From: an archaeon
GTDB taxonomy: Archaea; Nanobdellota; Nanobdellia; Woesearchaeales; GW2011-AR15
DNA: 64,000 nucleotides
Reading direction: 5' to 3'
NCBI GenBank assembly: GCA_018657065.1
Contig: JABHXU010000017.1
Coordinates: 43,067 to 107,066 of the forward strand
Program-made: the position numbers and the translations under genes
Notes under the pieces: model-generated
The model's input: only the letters and a program-made list of their open reading frames with translations
What the model was told of the DNA's origin: nothing
The model's database searches: none
Shown: positions 39,531 through 49,551 of the stretch, piece by piece
How the letters are laid out: every line of letters starts with the position of its first letter
Numbering within the stretch: the stretch's first letter is position 1

Positions 39531-39783
39531 TAAAATTGTTAGTGTTAGAATGCCTAAAGCTTTAGTTATTGAGCTAAAAGAAGTAGCTTCAAAAAATCAT
39601 TATTTAGATGTTAGTGAAACTATTCGTTCTCTTCTTAGAAAAAGATGGTTAGAGCAAAAAAAGCCACATAAAGCTAAATTAAATCAAATTAAGCAAAATC
39701 TTTCTGGAATTTCTGATCCTAAACAACTTAGGGCATTAAAACAAACAATTAAACTTTTGGAGGAAATAAATGAGATTCAATAA
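39511..39783 (+). CDS. Second ribbon-helix-helix (CopG-like) protein
   Basis: ...IVSVRMPKALVIELKEVASKNHYLDVSETIRSLLRKRWLE. Start is ambiguous (TTG 39502 / GTG 39511 / ATG about 39549). Overlaps the start of the next gene. Confidence 0.5.
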   Translation, partial: GVSLITDKIVSVRMPKALVIELKEVASKNHYLDVSETIRSLLRKRWLEQKKPHKAKLNQIKQNLSGISDPKQLRALKQTIKLLEEINEIQ

Positions 39784-42769
39784 ACAATTATTGTCATGGG
39801 TAATTTTGGCAATTATTGTAGCATTAGCTTTCTCATTTAGTGATACAGGAGTAAACGCTTCAGATAATACAACTAATCTTACTGTAATAAATTCATCTTT
39901 AGAAATTTGGGACACAAATTTTGTTTATGTAAATGAGTCAGTGACAATATATGCTAATTATAGTTATGAAAATGGAACTATTATTGGAATAGATATTTGT
40001 CAATTTATTGGAGAATACATGTCATTTAACATGACTTCAGGATTATATTATTACATTGAAACGTATGATACTCCAGGAAATTATAGTTATGATATTTATT
40101 GTTATAAAGAAGGATACGCTGAAAAAGAGGAGTTTGGAATTATTGAAGTAATTCAAAATACAACTCAAAATGAAACAAACATAACAATCATTGATGAAGA
40201 TAATGATGGATATAGTAGTGAAACAGATTGTGATGATAATAATGCTAATATTAATCCAGGAATGAATGAAGTATTTTATAATGGAATTGATGATGATTGT
40301 AATCCATTAACAAATGATTATGTATTTTTTAATGTAACAACTAGTAGAAGTTCTTACGCTCATCAAGAAACAGTTTCAATTCATATTAATGCCCTCAATC
40401 ATTCAGATACTTATATTACAATTAATACTCCAACAAACGTTTCATATGTTTACATTTTTGCAAATGGAAGCTATCCAGCAACTCAAGAATTTTCTCTAAC
40501 AGGCATATCAGGAATTTATTCAATTGATGCAATAAATTATTATGAAGATTATACTAATACAAAATCTGTAAATTTTACAGTATCTAATTCTATGGCAGTT
40601 AATATTGTAACAAATAAAAATACTATAGAATTAGGTGAATCAATTAATTTTAGGGCAGAAATTTCCGGAAACATTGGTGAAGCAAATCTTATTTGGAATA
40701 TGGATGATGGAAATGAAGAATATGATACTGTTTTTGATTATACATATGATAATCCAGGAACTTATAATATTGTTTTAATTGTAACAGATCAAGGAGGAAA
40801 CCAAGTAATTAAAACTAAACAAATAGTAGTTAATCCAAAATATTTCTTAGAAGTAAAAGTAGTAGATAATTCAACAGGAAATATAATTTTGAATTCAACA
40901 GTTGAATTAGATAATGATGAAAAAGAAGTAAATTTATCAGGAAAAGTTGAATATGAAGTAACAAATATTACTTATAATTTAGAAGTGTTTGCAGAAGGGT
41001 ATTATAGTTATGATGAAAATATAAAAATCAATAAATCTCTTGATTTTATAGTTAAACTAGTTAAAAATCCTAGTGATATAATTCCCTCAGTCTCTTTAAT
41101 ATCTCCAGGAAATAATTCTGATGTTTCAAATCCAGATTTTAGATTTAAGTTTACAGACAATGGCAAAGCAAAATGTACTTTATATGTAACAGAAGGTGAT
41201 GGATGGTGGCTTGACGTTAATGAATCTGATAATTTGAATCCTAATACTGAATACATGTTTAAACCTGAACTAGGGAAAGGTAATTATCATTGGAAGGTAC
41301 AATGTAGGGATGAAGATGATAATGTTGGAAGTAGTAAACAATATTATCTAAAAATAAAAGAAAGTACGACAAGTACTCAAAACATAAATAGTGAATCAGA
41401 GACAACTTACAATGTAATTCAAAATGTGTATAATGTGATTCCAGATTTTGACACTTATAGTCCAGATGAGAAGAAGATTGCAGAATATCTTAAAATGGAT
41501 GTTCTAATAAAAGATGCTCAAAGAAAATTAGAAATGGCTAATAGAGATCTTTTTAATTTACGAAACGAACCCGACACCCAATCAATAATTGACAAAAGAG
41601 ATGTAATCTATAATGACATTGATAAAATTAAGGATGATACACCTTTATCTGTTAGTGTAATAGACAAGGCAGATTTTGTAAAATATCCAACAGATGAAGA
41701 ACTAGAAAAATTATTTGAAGATTATATAGCATTAAAAGGAATAGAATTAAGCAAAAGTCAAAGAACCAGTCTTCTTGAGAAAAATAAACTTTTACAAAAA
41801 AAAGTTAGTGTTAGAACTTTGGCTTATTTAGTAGAAATTCAATATATTTCTGGAAGAAGCGAAGAAATAACATTAGTTTCTAGAATTTTAAGTACTGATG
41901 AAACTGCAACAGATATTATGTTTGTAGAATTTGTACCTAAAGATTTAATTGAAAGCGTAAATGAAATTGTGTTTATAACACCTGTAGATAATATTTTACA
42001 AGAGGATCCTGTATTTGAAATTCAACTAAATAAAGGAAAAGAATTTTTATATTATGTTAAAGAAACAATTGAACTAGATAAAATTCCTAAAATAGATATT
42101 GCGGCAATTAGTACAATAATAACACAACAAGATTCAAAATTAACAGGTTTTGTAGTATTTGATAATTTAGGTTTTTCAGAGTCAAATACTAAAATATTTA
42201 TAATTCAAATGATAGTTGTGTTTATACTACTCGGAGTATATTTATTTTTTTATTTTACTTCAGGATCTCAATTTACACTACCTAGTTTTAGTTTTAATTT
42301 TTTGAAAAAATCAAGTCCTGTAAGTCCAGTTGCAAATTATGGATCCACTAAAATTAAAGAAGTAGTTTATAAACCAGCTGTTCAAGAATCAGTTGTATCA
42401 AATATTCCATTGGATGAAGCACATAAAATTGAATACATGATTCAAGTTATTGGTAAAGCTCATGCATTACTTAATGTAGATTTAGAAAAAGCAGCATTAT
42501 ATTATCACGAGGTTAAGTTCTTATATGAATTTTTACCTAAAGGTGATCAAGATCATGTACATAATAAAGTAATTAATTTAGCAGATGAACTTAATTTAAA
42601 ACATGTTCAAAAATTAGTAGATAAAGCTGTAATTGAATTAGCTCATAATAATAAGGATAATGCTCATGAAATTTATGATCATATTGTTGAAGAATTTGAA
42701 AAATTATCAGAAAGTCACAAACAAAAAGTTTACAAAAAATGCTGTGAAATAGCACTCCACTTAAAATGA
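39770..42769 (+). CDS. 999-aa surface glycoprotein: signal peptide, sequon-saturated ectodomain with PKD-like domain, TM helix, about 180-aa cytoplasmic tail
   Basis: MRFNKQLLSWVILAIIVALAFSFS signal. PKD-like block ...IWNMDDGNEEYDTVFDYTYDNPGTYNIVLIVTDQGGNQ. TM IFIIQMIVVFILLGVYLFFYF. Confidence 0.7.
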   Translation: MRFNKQLLSWVILAIIVALAFSFSDTGVNASDNTTNLTVINSSLEIWDTNFVYVNESVTIYANYSYENGTIIGIDICQFIGEYMSFNMTSGLYYYIETYDTPGNYSYDIYCYKEGYAEKEEFGIIEVIQNTTQNETNITIIDEDNDGYSSETDCDDNNANINPGMNEVFYNGIDDDCNPLTNDYVFFNVTTSRSSYAHQETVSIHINALNHSDTYITINTPTNVSYVYIFANGSYPATQEFSLTGISGIYSIDAINYYEDYTNTKSVNFTVSNSMAVNIVTNKNTIELGESINFRAEISGNIGEANLIWNMDDGNEEYDTVFDYTYDNPGTYNIVLIVTDQGGNQVIKTKQIVVNPKYFLEVKVVDNSTGNIILNSTVELDNDEKEVNLSGKVEYEVTNITYNLEVFAEGYYSYDENIKINKSLDFIVKLVKNPSDIIPSVSLISPGNNSDVSNPDFRFKFTDNGKAKCTLYVTEGDGWWLDVNESDNLNPNTEYMFKPELGKGNYHWKVQCRDEDDNVGSSKQYYLKIKESTTSTQNINSESETTYNVIQNVYNVIPDFDTYSPDEKKIAEYLKMDVLIKDAQRKLEMANRDLFNLRNEPDTQSIIDKRDVIYNDIDKIKDDTPLSVSVIDKADFVKYPTDEELEKLFEDYIALKGIELSKSQRTSLLEKNKLLQKKVSVRTLAYLVEIQYISGRSEEITLVSRILSTDETATDIMFVEFVPKDLIESVNEIVFITPVDNILQEDPVFEIQLNKGKEFLYYVKETIELDKIPKIDIAAISTIITQQDSKLTGFVVFDNLGFSESNTKIFIIQMIVVFILLGVYLFFYFTSGSQFTLPSFSFNFLKKSSPVSPVANYGSTKIKEVVYKPAVQESVVSNIPLDEAHKIEYMIQVIGKAHALLNVDLEKAALYYHEVKFLYEFLPKGDQDHVHNKVINLADELNLKHVQKLVDKAVIELAHNNKDNAHEIYDHIVEEFEKLSESHKQKVYKKCCEIALHLK

Positions 42770-45700
42770 CAAAGAAAAAAACTAAAATTGACATAGACAC
42801 AATTTTAATGAATGTTTTAGTAGTTTTACTTATCTTAATTTCAACTATTTCATTAGTAATTATAAGAGATTATGTGGGGATGGTTGCTTCACATGGTGCA
42901 AGGGGAGGAAGAATAACTGAAATAAATGTTGTTCATCAGGCACCAGCCACAATTTGGAATGGAATATTTGGAATTGCAATTCAAGCAGCATTGGATACTC
43001 CTTGGTATGTATTTGCGAATAATGGAGAAGTATCTGAACTTAACCCTATTTATCCTTGTTTTGAAATTGATAAAGTTCATGAAATTTATTCCACAATTTT
43101 AAATGAAACAGAACTTATATGGGCAAATGTTACAGTTGGAAATACAACTATGTTGGATAACTGGGTAGGAATTTTATCAAATGATACCATGTCAGCAACA
43201 CAGACATTTAATGACACAATTTCTGTAGAGTTAGGTAATGTTACTTTTAGTAATGTTCCTGCTATTTACATGAAAGAATATAATGAACCAAATAGTACAG
43301 AGTTTCCAGTAGGAATTTTACAATACAATGGAACACCAATTATGGTTACACTAATTAACACAGATTACATAACTGGATTTAGACCTGATAAATTAGTGAA
43401 CTATGAAATGATGGTTCCAGTACCATTTAATTCAACAAATTTAAAGTATTATTTATATGTAGATCCTTATGATACTTGTCCTTATGGTTCAGGTGGATCA
43501 GCAGAAGAAATAGGAAGAGGAGAAGTATATGGATATGTAACGGATACGGATACAGGTCAATTTTTAGAAAATACTTTAGTTGCAATTGATGGAAAAATAT
43601 ATGTTACAAGTTCAGATGGATATTATAATATTTCTGAGGTGGCTGAAGGTGAACGATATATAGTTGCAACAAAGCTTGGATTTGGAAACTATGTTAGAAA
43701 TTTAACAATTGTTGAAGATGTTTCTTTAGAACATAATATTTCCATGGATATTGTATTTGATCAATCGTTTACTGGGACAGGTTCAGGAGTAGGAACTGGT
43801 GTAGACGATCCAGGAACAAAAACTAAATCAGGAGATGGTCCTGGTATAGGTCCTGGTATAGGTCCTGGTATAGGTCCATTTATTGAAAAACCAGAAAATA
43901 TTGGTGTTGATAATTGGATGTCTCTAGACCGACTTAAGAAAAGAATTAGATTAAATAATTTTTTTACTGAACATTTACTTGTGTTTAGTTTTAGATCTGA
44001 ACCTGCAGAAGTGAAAATTCAAATAACAGGTGACGCTGCAGAAATAATTGAACTTTCAGACACCTCTGCAACAATTGAACAAAATGAGTATGCAAATTTT
44101 TCAGTAAGAGGGTATGGTTTAGAAGAAGGTCAGTATAATGGGGAAATTGTAGTTAGTGGGGATTTTAATGGGACAATTCCAATTGAAATTACAGTTAGTG
44201 ATGAAGAAAGATTACCTGTAGAAGCACTTTTAATTCAATTAGATGTATTAACAAGAAGACCTCTTCCAGGAAAGAACTTTAAATTTAGTGTGAACCTTCA
44301 AAATTTACTTATTGATGAGAGATATGATGTAAGATTAGATTATTATTTAAGAGGTATTGAAAGTGAAACAGCTAATAATACATTATATATAGGAAATGAG
44401 ACTGTAAGCTTAAGAACAACAGAAACAGTTATTGAAGAATTTGTAATTCCGTCTGAATGGCCTAAAGGTGATTATTTCTTAATTATAGAAGCAAATTATT
44501 TTGATATGTATTCAAGAACTACAACAGTTTTTGAACTATTTGAGCCAATTCAAAATTACAAAGTATTTGGATTAGTTGAACTTTGGAAAGTATTAACTGT
44601 TTTAGGAGTTTTAGCTTTTATTCTTGGTTTAGTTTTGTATATTAGACGTGAAATTAATAAAAGAAAAAGATTCCATGCAAAAGTAGAATATAAATTACTT
44701 CCAAAAAAAGGACCTAGGTCATTATATGTAGGAAAAATCGCTGAAACAGAAAATGATACATATTTTGATATGGATAAATTAACAGTCCATAGTATTGTTG
44801 CAGGATCAACAGGAGGAGGTAAATCTATTTCTGCTCAAGTAATAATTGAAGAATGTTTAATGAAGGATGTAGCAGTTATTGTTATTGATCCTACAGCACA
44901 ATGGTCTGGAATGTTAAGAAAATGTCAAGATCAAAAAATGATGTCTTATTATCCTAGATTTCATTTAACAAAAAAAAGTTCTAGAGCATTTAATGGAAAT
45001 GTTAGAGCTATTATGAATCCACTTGAAAAAGTAGATTTACTTAAATTTTGGAAACCTGGAGAAATTCAAGTTATTACAACAAGTACTCTTGATCCAAAAG
45101 GCATGGATATTTTTGTTGCAAATACAGTTAGACAAGTTTTCAAATCAAATCTAAAAGAGTATAGGGGTTTACGATTTATGATGGTTTATGATGAAGTTCA
45201 CAGATTGCTACCTAAATTTGGTGGTACTGGAGAAGGATTTGTTCAAATTGAAAGGGCTTGTAGGGAATTTAGAAAGTGGGGTATAGGCGTTATGCTTATT
45301 TCACAGGTTTTAGCAGACTTCGTTGGACAAATTAAAGCAAACATTAACACTGAAGTACAAATGAAAACAAGAGATGAAAGTGATTTAGCTAGAATTAAGG
45401 ATAAATATGGAGCATCATTTATTCAAGAACTTGTTAAATCTCCAGTAGGAAGTGGCATGGTTCAAAACTCATCATGGAATCGAGGTTTACCTTATTATGT
45501 TACTTTTAGACCAATTTTACATAGTGTTGTAAGATTAAGTGATGAAGAACTTGAAAAATATAACAAATATAATTTGATTGCAGAAGACCTTGAATTTCAA
45601 TTAGATCAATTGGAAGAAACAGGTAAAGATGTGTTTGATTTAAGACTTGAATTAAAATTATCAGTTGATAAAATAAAACAAGGCGGTTTTAATATGGTTG

Positions 45701-46866
45701 AAATTTATTTAGAAGGATTAAAACCACGAATTGAAAAAATATGGAAAGATTTAGGCCAAGAACCTAAACATAAAGAAGTAGAACTTGTTAGTGAAAAAGA
45801 ATTAAAAGCGTCTATTGATGAAGCAGAATCTGAAAGTAAAAAAGCTAAAGAAGCTGCAGCTTCAGCAGTAAGTGGTGATGAAGAGGAAGGTGCAAAGTCT
45901 CTAGGATTAAATGATGATGTAGCACCAGATCAAATGTTAAAATTAGTTAATGGAACACTTGTCATTAAGTTAAAAGCATTGCTTGATGAAGTTAAAGTGT
46001 TAAAAGAACCAGAATTTAAAACTCATGTGGATGAAGGAAAAAACGATTTATCAGATTGGATTAGAACAGCTATAGGAAGTGATGCTTGGGCAGATTTAGC
46101 AGATCCAATTTTAACGAAAGGGGATTATATTAAATTTTTAGAAGCACTTGATTCAGGTAAAGAAAAAACATTTAAACCAACAACGCCAAGAAAAGAGCCT
46201 TATTCTAGTAAAAAAGAAGTTCCTGTTGAAGAGAAAAAAGAGGATGTTAAGGGAGAAGGAAAAGAAGAATCTAAGGAAGATAAAAACGAGGAATCTAAAT
46301 CTGATGAAATAAAAAAAACAGAAACTAATTCTGAAGAAAAAGTTCAAGAAACAAGTAGTCAGGAAGAAAAAAAAGAAGATGAATCAAATCTAAATAAGAA
46401 TCAAGAGATTCAATCTGAAAATAAAGAGCAAGAGCTTAAACTTGCACAAAATAATGAAAATCAAAAAAGTAATGAATCTCAAGAAGAGCAAAAAGGAACA
46501 AATTTTGATTTGAATGAAGTTAGACAAAAACTAGCATCATTACAAAACTCAGAGGAGAAAATAAATTATTTATTAGAATTAATAAATAAAAATCCAAATA
46601 ATAATGATTTATTGTTTTCATTAGCATCAGAATATCATAGAGCTCAAAAATATGATGAAGCTGAAATTAATTATAAAAAAATTTTAGAAAGAGATTCTGG
46701 AAATTTCAAAGTTATGTATTATTTGGCAAGTTTATATAGCACTATGAAAAAATATGATGAAGCTCTTGAATTGTTTAATAAGGTTAAAGCAATTAAACCA
46801 GATTATCAAAAGGTACAACAATATTTAGATTCAATAAATAAAATAAAACAAAAGGCAACACAATGA
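42766..46866 (+). CDS. 1366-aa membrane protein: N-terminal TM, extracellular CarboxypepD_reg-like domain + (GPGI)n, second TM, cytoplasmic HerA/FtsK-type (DUF87) P-loop ATPase, E/K-rich linker, C-terminal TPR repeats
   Basis: ATGA overlap with the upstream gene. GYVTDTDTGQFLENTLVAIDGKIYVTSSDGYYNISEV (CarboxypepD_reg-like). Walker A HSIVAGSTGGGKSISAQVIIEECLMKDVAVIVIDPTAQW. Walker B MMVYDEVHRL. ...GVMLISQ. TPR: LLFSLASEYHRAQKYDEAEINYKKILE... / YYLASLYSTMKKYDEALELFNKV. Confidence 0.7.
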   Translation: MTKKKTKIDIDTILMNVLVVLLILISTISLVIIRDYVGMVASHGARGGRITEINVVHQAPATIWNGIFGIAIQAALDTPWYVFANNGEVSELNPIYPCFEIDKVHEIYSTILNETELIWANVTVGNTTMLDNWVGILSNDTMSATQTFNDTISVELGNVTFSNVPAIYMKEYNEPNSTEFPVGILQYNGTPIMVTLINTDYITGFRPDKLVNYEMMVPVPFNSTNLKYYLYVDPYDTCPYGSGGSAEEIGRGEVYGYVTDTDTGQFLENTLVAIDGKIYVTSSDGYYNISEVAEGERYIVATKLGFGNYVRNLTIVEDVSLEHNISMDIVFDQSFTGTGSGVGTGVDDPGTKTKSGDGPGIGPGIGPGIGPFIEKPENIGVDNWMSLDRLKKRIRLNNFFTEHLLVFSFRSEPAEVKIQITGDAAEIIELSDTSATIEQNEYANFSVRGYGLEEGQYNGEIVVSGDFNGTIPIEITVSDEERLPVEALLIQLDVLTRRPLPGKNFKFSVNLQNLLIDERYDVRLDYYLRGIESETANNTLYIGNETVSLRTTETVIEEFVIPSEWPKGDYFLIIEANYFDMYSRTTTVFELFEPIQNYKVFGLVELWKVLTVLGVLAFILGLVLYIRREINKRKRFHAKVEYKLLPKKGPRSLYVGKIAETENDTYFDMDKLTVHSIVAGSTGGGKSISAQVIIEECLMKDVAVIVIDPTAQWSGMLRKCQDQKMMSYYPRFHLTKKSSRAFNGNVRAIMNPLEKVDLLKFWKPGEIQVITTSTLDPKGMDIFVANTVRQVFKSNLKEYRGLRFMMVYDEVHRLLPKFGGTGEGFVQIERACREFRKWGIGVMLISQVLADFVGQIKANINTEVQMKTRDESDLARIKDKYGASFIQELVKSPVGSGMVQNSSWNRGLPYYVTFRPILHSVVRLSDEELEKYNKYNLIAEDLEFQLDQLEETGKDVFDLRLELKLSVDKIKQGGFNMVEIYLEGLKPRIEKIWKDLGQEPKHKEVELVSEKELKASIDEAESESKKAKEAAASAVSGDEEEGAKSLGLNDDVAPDQMLKLVNGTLVIKLKALLDEVKVLKEPEFKTHVDEGKNDLSDWIRTAIGSDAWADLADPILTKGDYIKFLEALDSGKEKTFKPTTPRKEPYSSKKEVPVEEKKEDVKGEGKEESKEDKNEESKSDEIKKTETNSEEKVQETSSQEEKKEDESNLNKNQEIQSENKEQELKLAQNNENQKSNESQEEQKGTNFDLNEVRQKLASLQNSEEKINYLLELINKNPNNNDLLFSLASEYHRAQKYDEAEINYKKILERDSGNFKVMYYLASLYSTMKKYDEALELFNKVKAIKPDYQKVQQYLDSINKIKQKATQ

Positions 46867-47702
46867 TACCTAAAATTTCACCTACACATTATTTTAAACT
46901 TAGTAATGGTCAAATTATTAAACATATTAGTGAGTTGCCAGACTCTATAGATCGAATGCCCGTTGAATTGTTTAATGAGTATGTTAATTATAATAAGAAT
47001 GATTTTGCTAAATGGGCATATGATGTTTTTAGGTTTAAAGATTTAGCAATATTATTAAAAAGTGTAAAATCCAAAGAAGAATCTTCAAGAATACTTAGAG
47101 CATATTTACAAAAAAAATCTCAAAATTATAAAATATTAAATTCTCAAGAAGTAATTCAAATAAAAAAACAAGAATCTAAAGAAATTTCACAAAACAAAAC
47201 AGAACAGGAACCAAAAAGATATACCTGGAATTCACAAAAACCAATTAAAGTTCAAGAAAAAAAAGAAATAATTGAACCAGTATCAAAAAAAGAGATAATT
47301 CAAAAAGTTGTGATTGAAGAAAAAAATGTTCAACATAATGTAACGCAAAAAAACGTTTCTGAAGCAGATAAATATTTTGATGAAAATCCTGTGTTAGTTA
47401 GTCAAATGGTTGATACAAAAAAGAAGAATATACAATTAGAAAAAGTAGAGAAAATCGAATTTACAAATTTAGATATGCCTGAAAAAGTAATTGAATTGTT
47501 TAAAGATACGTATACAAAAGCATATGAAAAGCTTGTTTTGCTTAGAAAAAATGGATTTGACACTAAAATTGTTCAATTGATGCTTTTTAGAATTCCAAGT
47601 AGAATCAAAATCTATGAAGCTGCCAAAGAAAAAAAAGAAGCAATTCAAATTAATAGATATTTAAACGAAGTAATAGATGAACTTAATGCAATATATGAAT
47701 AA
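46863..47702 (+). CDS. Hypothetical K/E/Q-rich protein, translationally coupled to the ATPase gene
   Basis: ATGA overlap at 46863-46866; no known domain. Confidence 0.45.
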   Translation: MIPKISPTHYFKLSNGQIIKHISELPDSIDRMPVELFNEYVNYNKNDFAKWAYDVFRFKDLAILLKSVKSKEESSRILRAYLQKKSQNYKILNSQEVIQIKKQESKEISQNKTEQEPKRYTWNSQKPIKVQEKKEIIEPVSKKEIIQKVVIEEKNVQHNVTQKNVSEADKYFDENPVLVSQMVDTKKKNIQLEKVEKIEFTNLDMPEKVIELFKDTYTKAYEKLVLLRKNGFDTKIVQLMLFRIPSRIKIYEAAKEKKEAIQINRYLNEVIDELNAIYE

Positions 47703-47736
47703 AATATTTATACTATAAGAGGTAAAGAAATATAAT

Positions 47737-48843
47737 ATGTTTATTTTCAAAAAAAAATATCCGCGAGTTGAGGATGCAGAAAATGAAAAGGATGATGATT
47801 CATTTAATCAGGAATCTCAAGAGGAAAAGAAACCTGATATGCCTGCAACAACTGATAGAGTTACACAAGCACTTTCTGCAGATATTATAAAACTTAAAGC
47901 ACAATTTGATCAGTTTGCAGAGCTTAGAAAACTTATTAATGAAAGATTTACACGAATTAATGAACAAACAGGTGAACTTCGTGGAATGATTATGGATTCT
48001 AATAGAACCATGCAAGATATGGAAGTTAAAACAGCTAAAGCCGTCGATTTGGTCGAAGCAGTTCATCCAGATAAATTAATGGTGGATGTTAGAAAACAAG
48101 ACGCAAAAATTGAAGCATTAAAAGCAGGTATAGAAAGTAATGACACCATTATGAAATCTTTAATGGATCAATTAAAAGAGATGAGACACCAACTGAATTC
48201 ATTTACTGGAATTGAGGAAATGGTGAGTTTAAGTAAAGAAGTAAAAAAAGAATTAATGGAAATTAGAAAAGAAGAAGCAACAGTAAAAAGACATGCAGAT
48301 AAGATTGAAGGTATATTTATTGAAACACAAAAAAAATTTCAAGAATTTGAAGCAGTTACAGATAAATTAAAAGAATTACAAAAACAAGTTTCTCCTGTTG
48401 TTGCTCAAGTAGATCAAAATAAAGTAAAAATTCAAACACTAGCCCCAAAAAAAGATGTTGAAAATTTAATTTCAAAATTAAATGATTTTGAAAAACATGT
48501 TGGAAATATTATTGATTTATTAACAAAAAGATCAAATGAATTGCCTAAGGAAATTGACAAAAGATTTGAAAGACTTGAAAAAAGTATGAATGATTCATTT
48601 GAAAAGCATTTAAAGAAAGCTGAATTTATGAATAAAATAATATTAAAAATTGAACAAGATGCTCCAAGAATTGCAAAAGAATTGAAATTATCAGAGAACT
48701 TAAAAGACGTTGATGTAAAAAAAATAGAGTCAGAGGCATCACAAGAATTACAAGAAAATGTTGAAGAATCTGAAAAAGAAAGAAAAGGATTCTTTGCAAA
48801 AATCTTTGGTGGAAAAAAAGAAGAAGAGTCAAAGGAAGAATAA
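47737..48843 (+). CDS. Long coiled-coil protein (368 aa)
   Basis: Continuous heptad-like K/E/L/Q composition; acidic N- and C-termini. Confidence 0.5.
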   Translation: MFIFKKKYPRVEDAENEKDDDSFNQESQEEKKPDMPATTDRVTQALSADIIKLKAQFDQFAELRKLINERFTRINEQTGELRGMIMDSNRTMQDMEVKTAKAVDLVEAVHPDKLMVDVRKQDAKIEALKAGIESNDTIMKSLMDQLKEMRHQLNSFTGIEEMVSLSKEVKKELMEIRKEEATVKRHADKIEGIFIETQKKFQEFEAVTDKLKELQKQVSPVVAQVDQNKVKIQTLAPKKDVENLISKLNDFEKHVGNIIDLLTKRSNELPKEIDKRFERLEKSMNDSFEKHLKKAEFMNKIILKIEQDAPRIAKELKLSENLKDVDVKKIESEASQELQENVEESEKERKGFFAKIFGGKKEEESKEE

Positions 48844-48878
48844 AAGTCAAAATTAGGTAAAAAACGAGGTGTAAAAAA

Positions 48879-49388
48879 ATGTCAGAGTTTGTTATATTTA
48901 TGCATGTTATTATTTCAATTATTTCAGTAGTTTTATTTGTAATGTTATCACTAAGATTTTTTAAAGAATCAAAGGCATTAATTACAACTAGGTTAACTAA
49001 GGTTTTATTATTTTTATTGTTCTTTTTATTTCTTGATGGTTTTTTTAATACTATGACCTATTTTGTTGGAACTTTTACGATGTTTTATTCGACAGAAATT
49101 ATTCAAATTATATCAAAAGTAGGAGTATTTGGGTCTATTGTATTTCTAGCACATTTTGCATATGATAAAAAATTTGAAGAATTAAAAGACAAAGAACATT
49201 CTGTTCTTGAGTTAAAAGAAATTAATAAACAATTAGAAATTAAAACTCTTGAAATGGAAAGATCTCAAGCTATGCAAGAAAGAAAATTAAAAGAATTAGA
49301 ACGATTCAATACTATAGCAAAAGAGAGAGAAGCTAAAATGATGAAATTATTAAAGAAAGCTGATAAGATTGAAAGAAAATTAAAATAA
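48879..49388 (+). CDS. Small membrane protein (3 TM) with C-terminal coiled coil
   Basis: TM helices, then ...LELKEINKQLEIKTLEMERSQAMQERKLKELERF... Confidence 0.45.
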   Translation: MSEFVIFMHVIISIISVVLFVMLSLRFFKESKALITTRLTKVLLFLLFFLFLDGFFNTMTYFVGTFTMFYSTEIIQIISKVGVFGSIVFLAHFAYDKKFEELKDKEHSVLELKEINKQLEIKTLEMERSQAMQERKLKELERFNTIAKEREAKMMKLLKKADKIERKLK

Positions 49389-49392
49389 TTTT

Positions 49393-49551
49393 TTAATTTT
49401 TTTCTCTGAATAATAGTCTTACTGCATATTTAATGACATCTGTTCTTGATGTAAAGTCTCCTTGAGATTCTTTTGCTAAATCATCAATTTTTCTTGCTAG
49501 ACCTTCTGGTATTTTTACTGTGATATATTTGATTCCAGTTTTTTTCCTCAT
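49393..49551 (-). CDS. Third ribbon-helix-helix (CopG-like) protein, 52 aa
   Basis: MRKKTGIKYITVKIPEGLARKIDDLAKESQGDFTSRTDVIKYAVRLLFREKN. Convergent with the end of the 39.4-49.4 kb operon. Found by eye. Confidence 0.55.
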   Translation of the reverse strand: MRKKTGIKYITVKIPEGLARKIDDLAKESQGDFTSRTDVIKYAVRLLFREKN

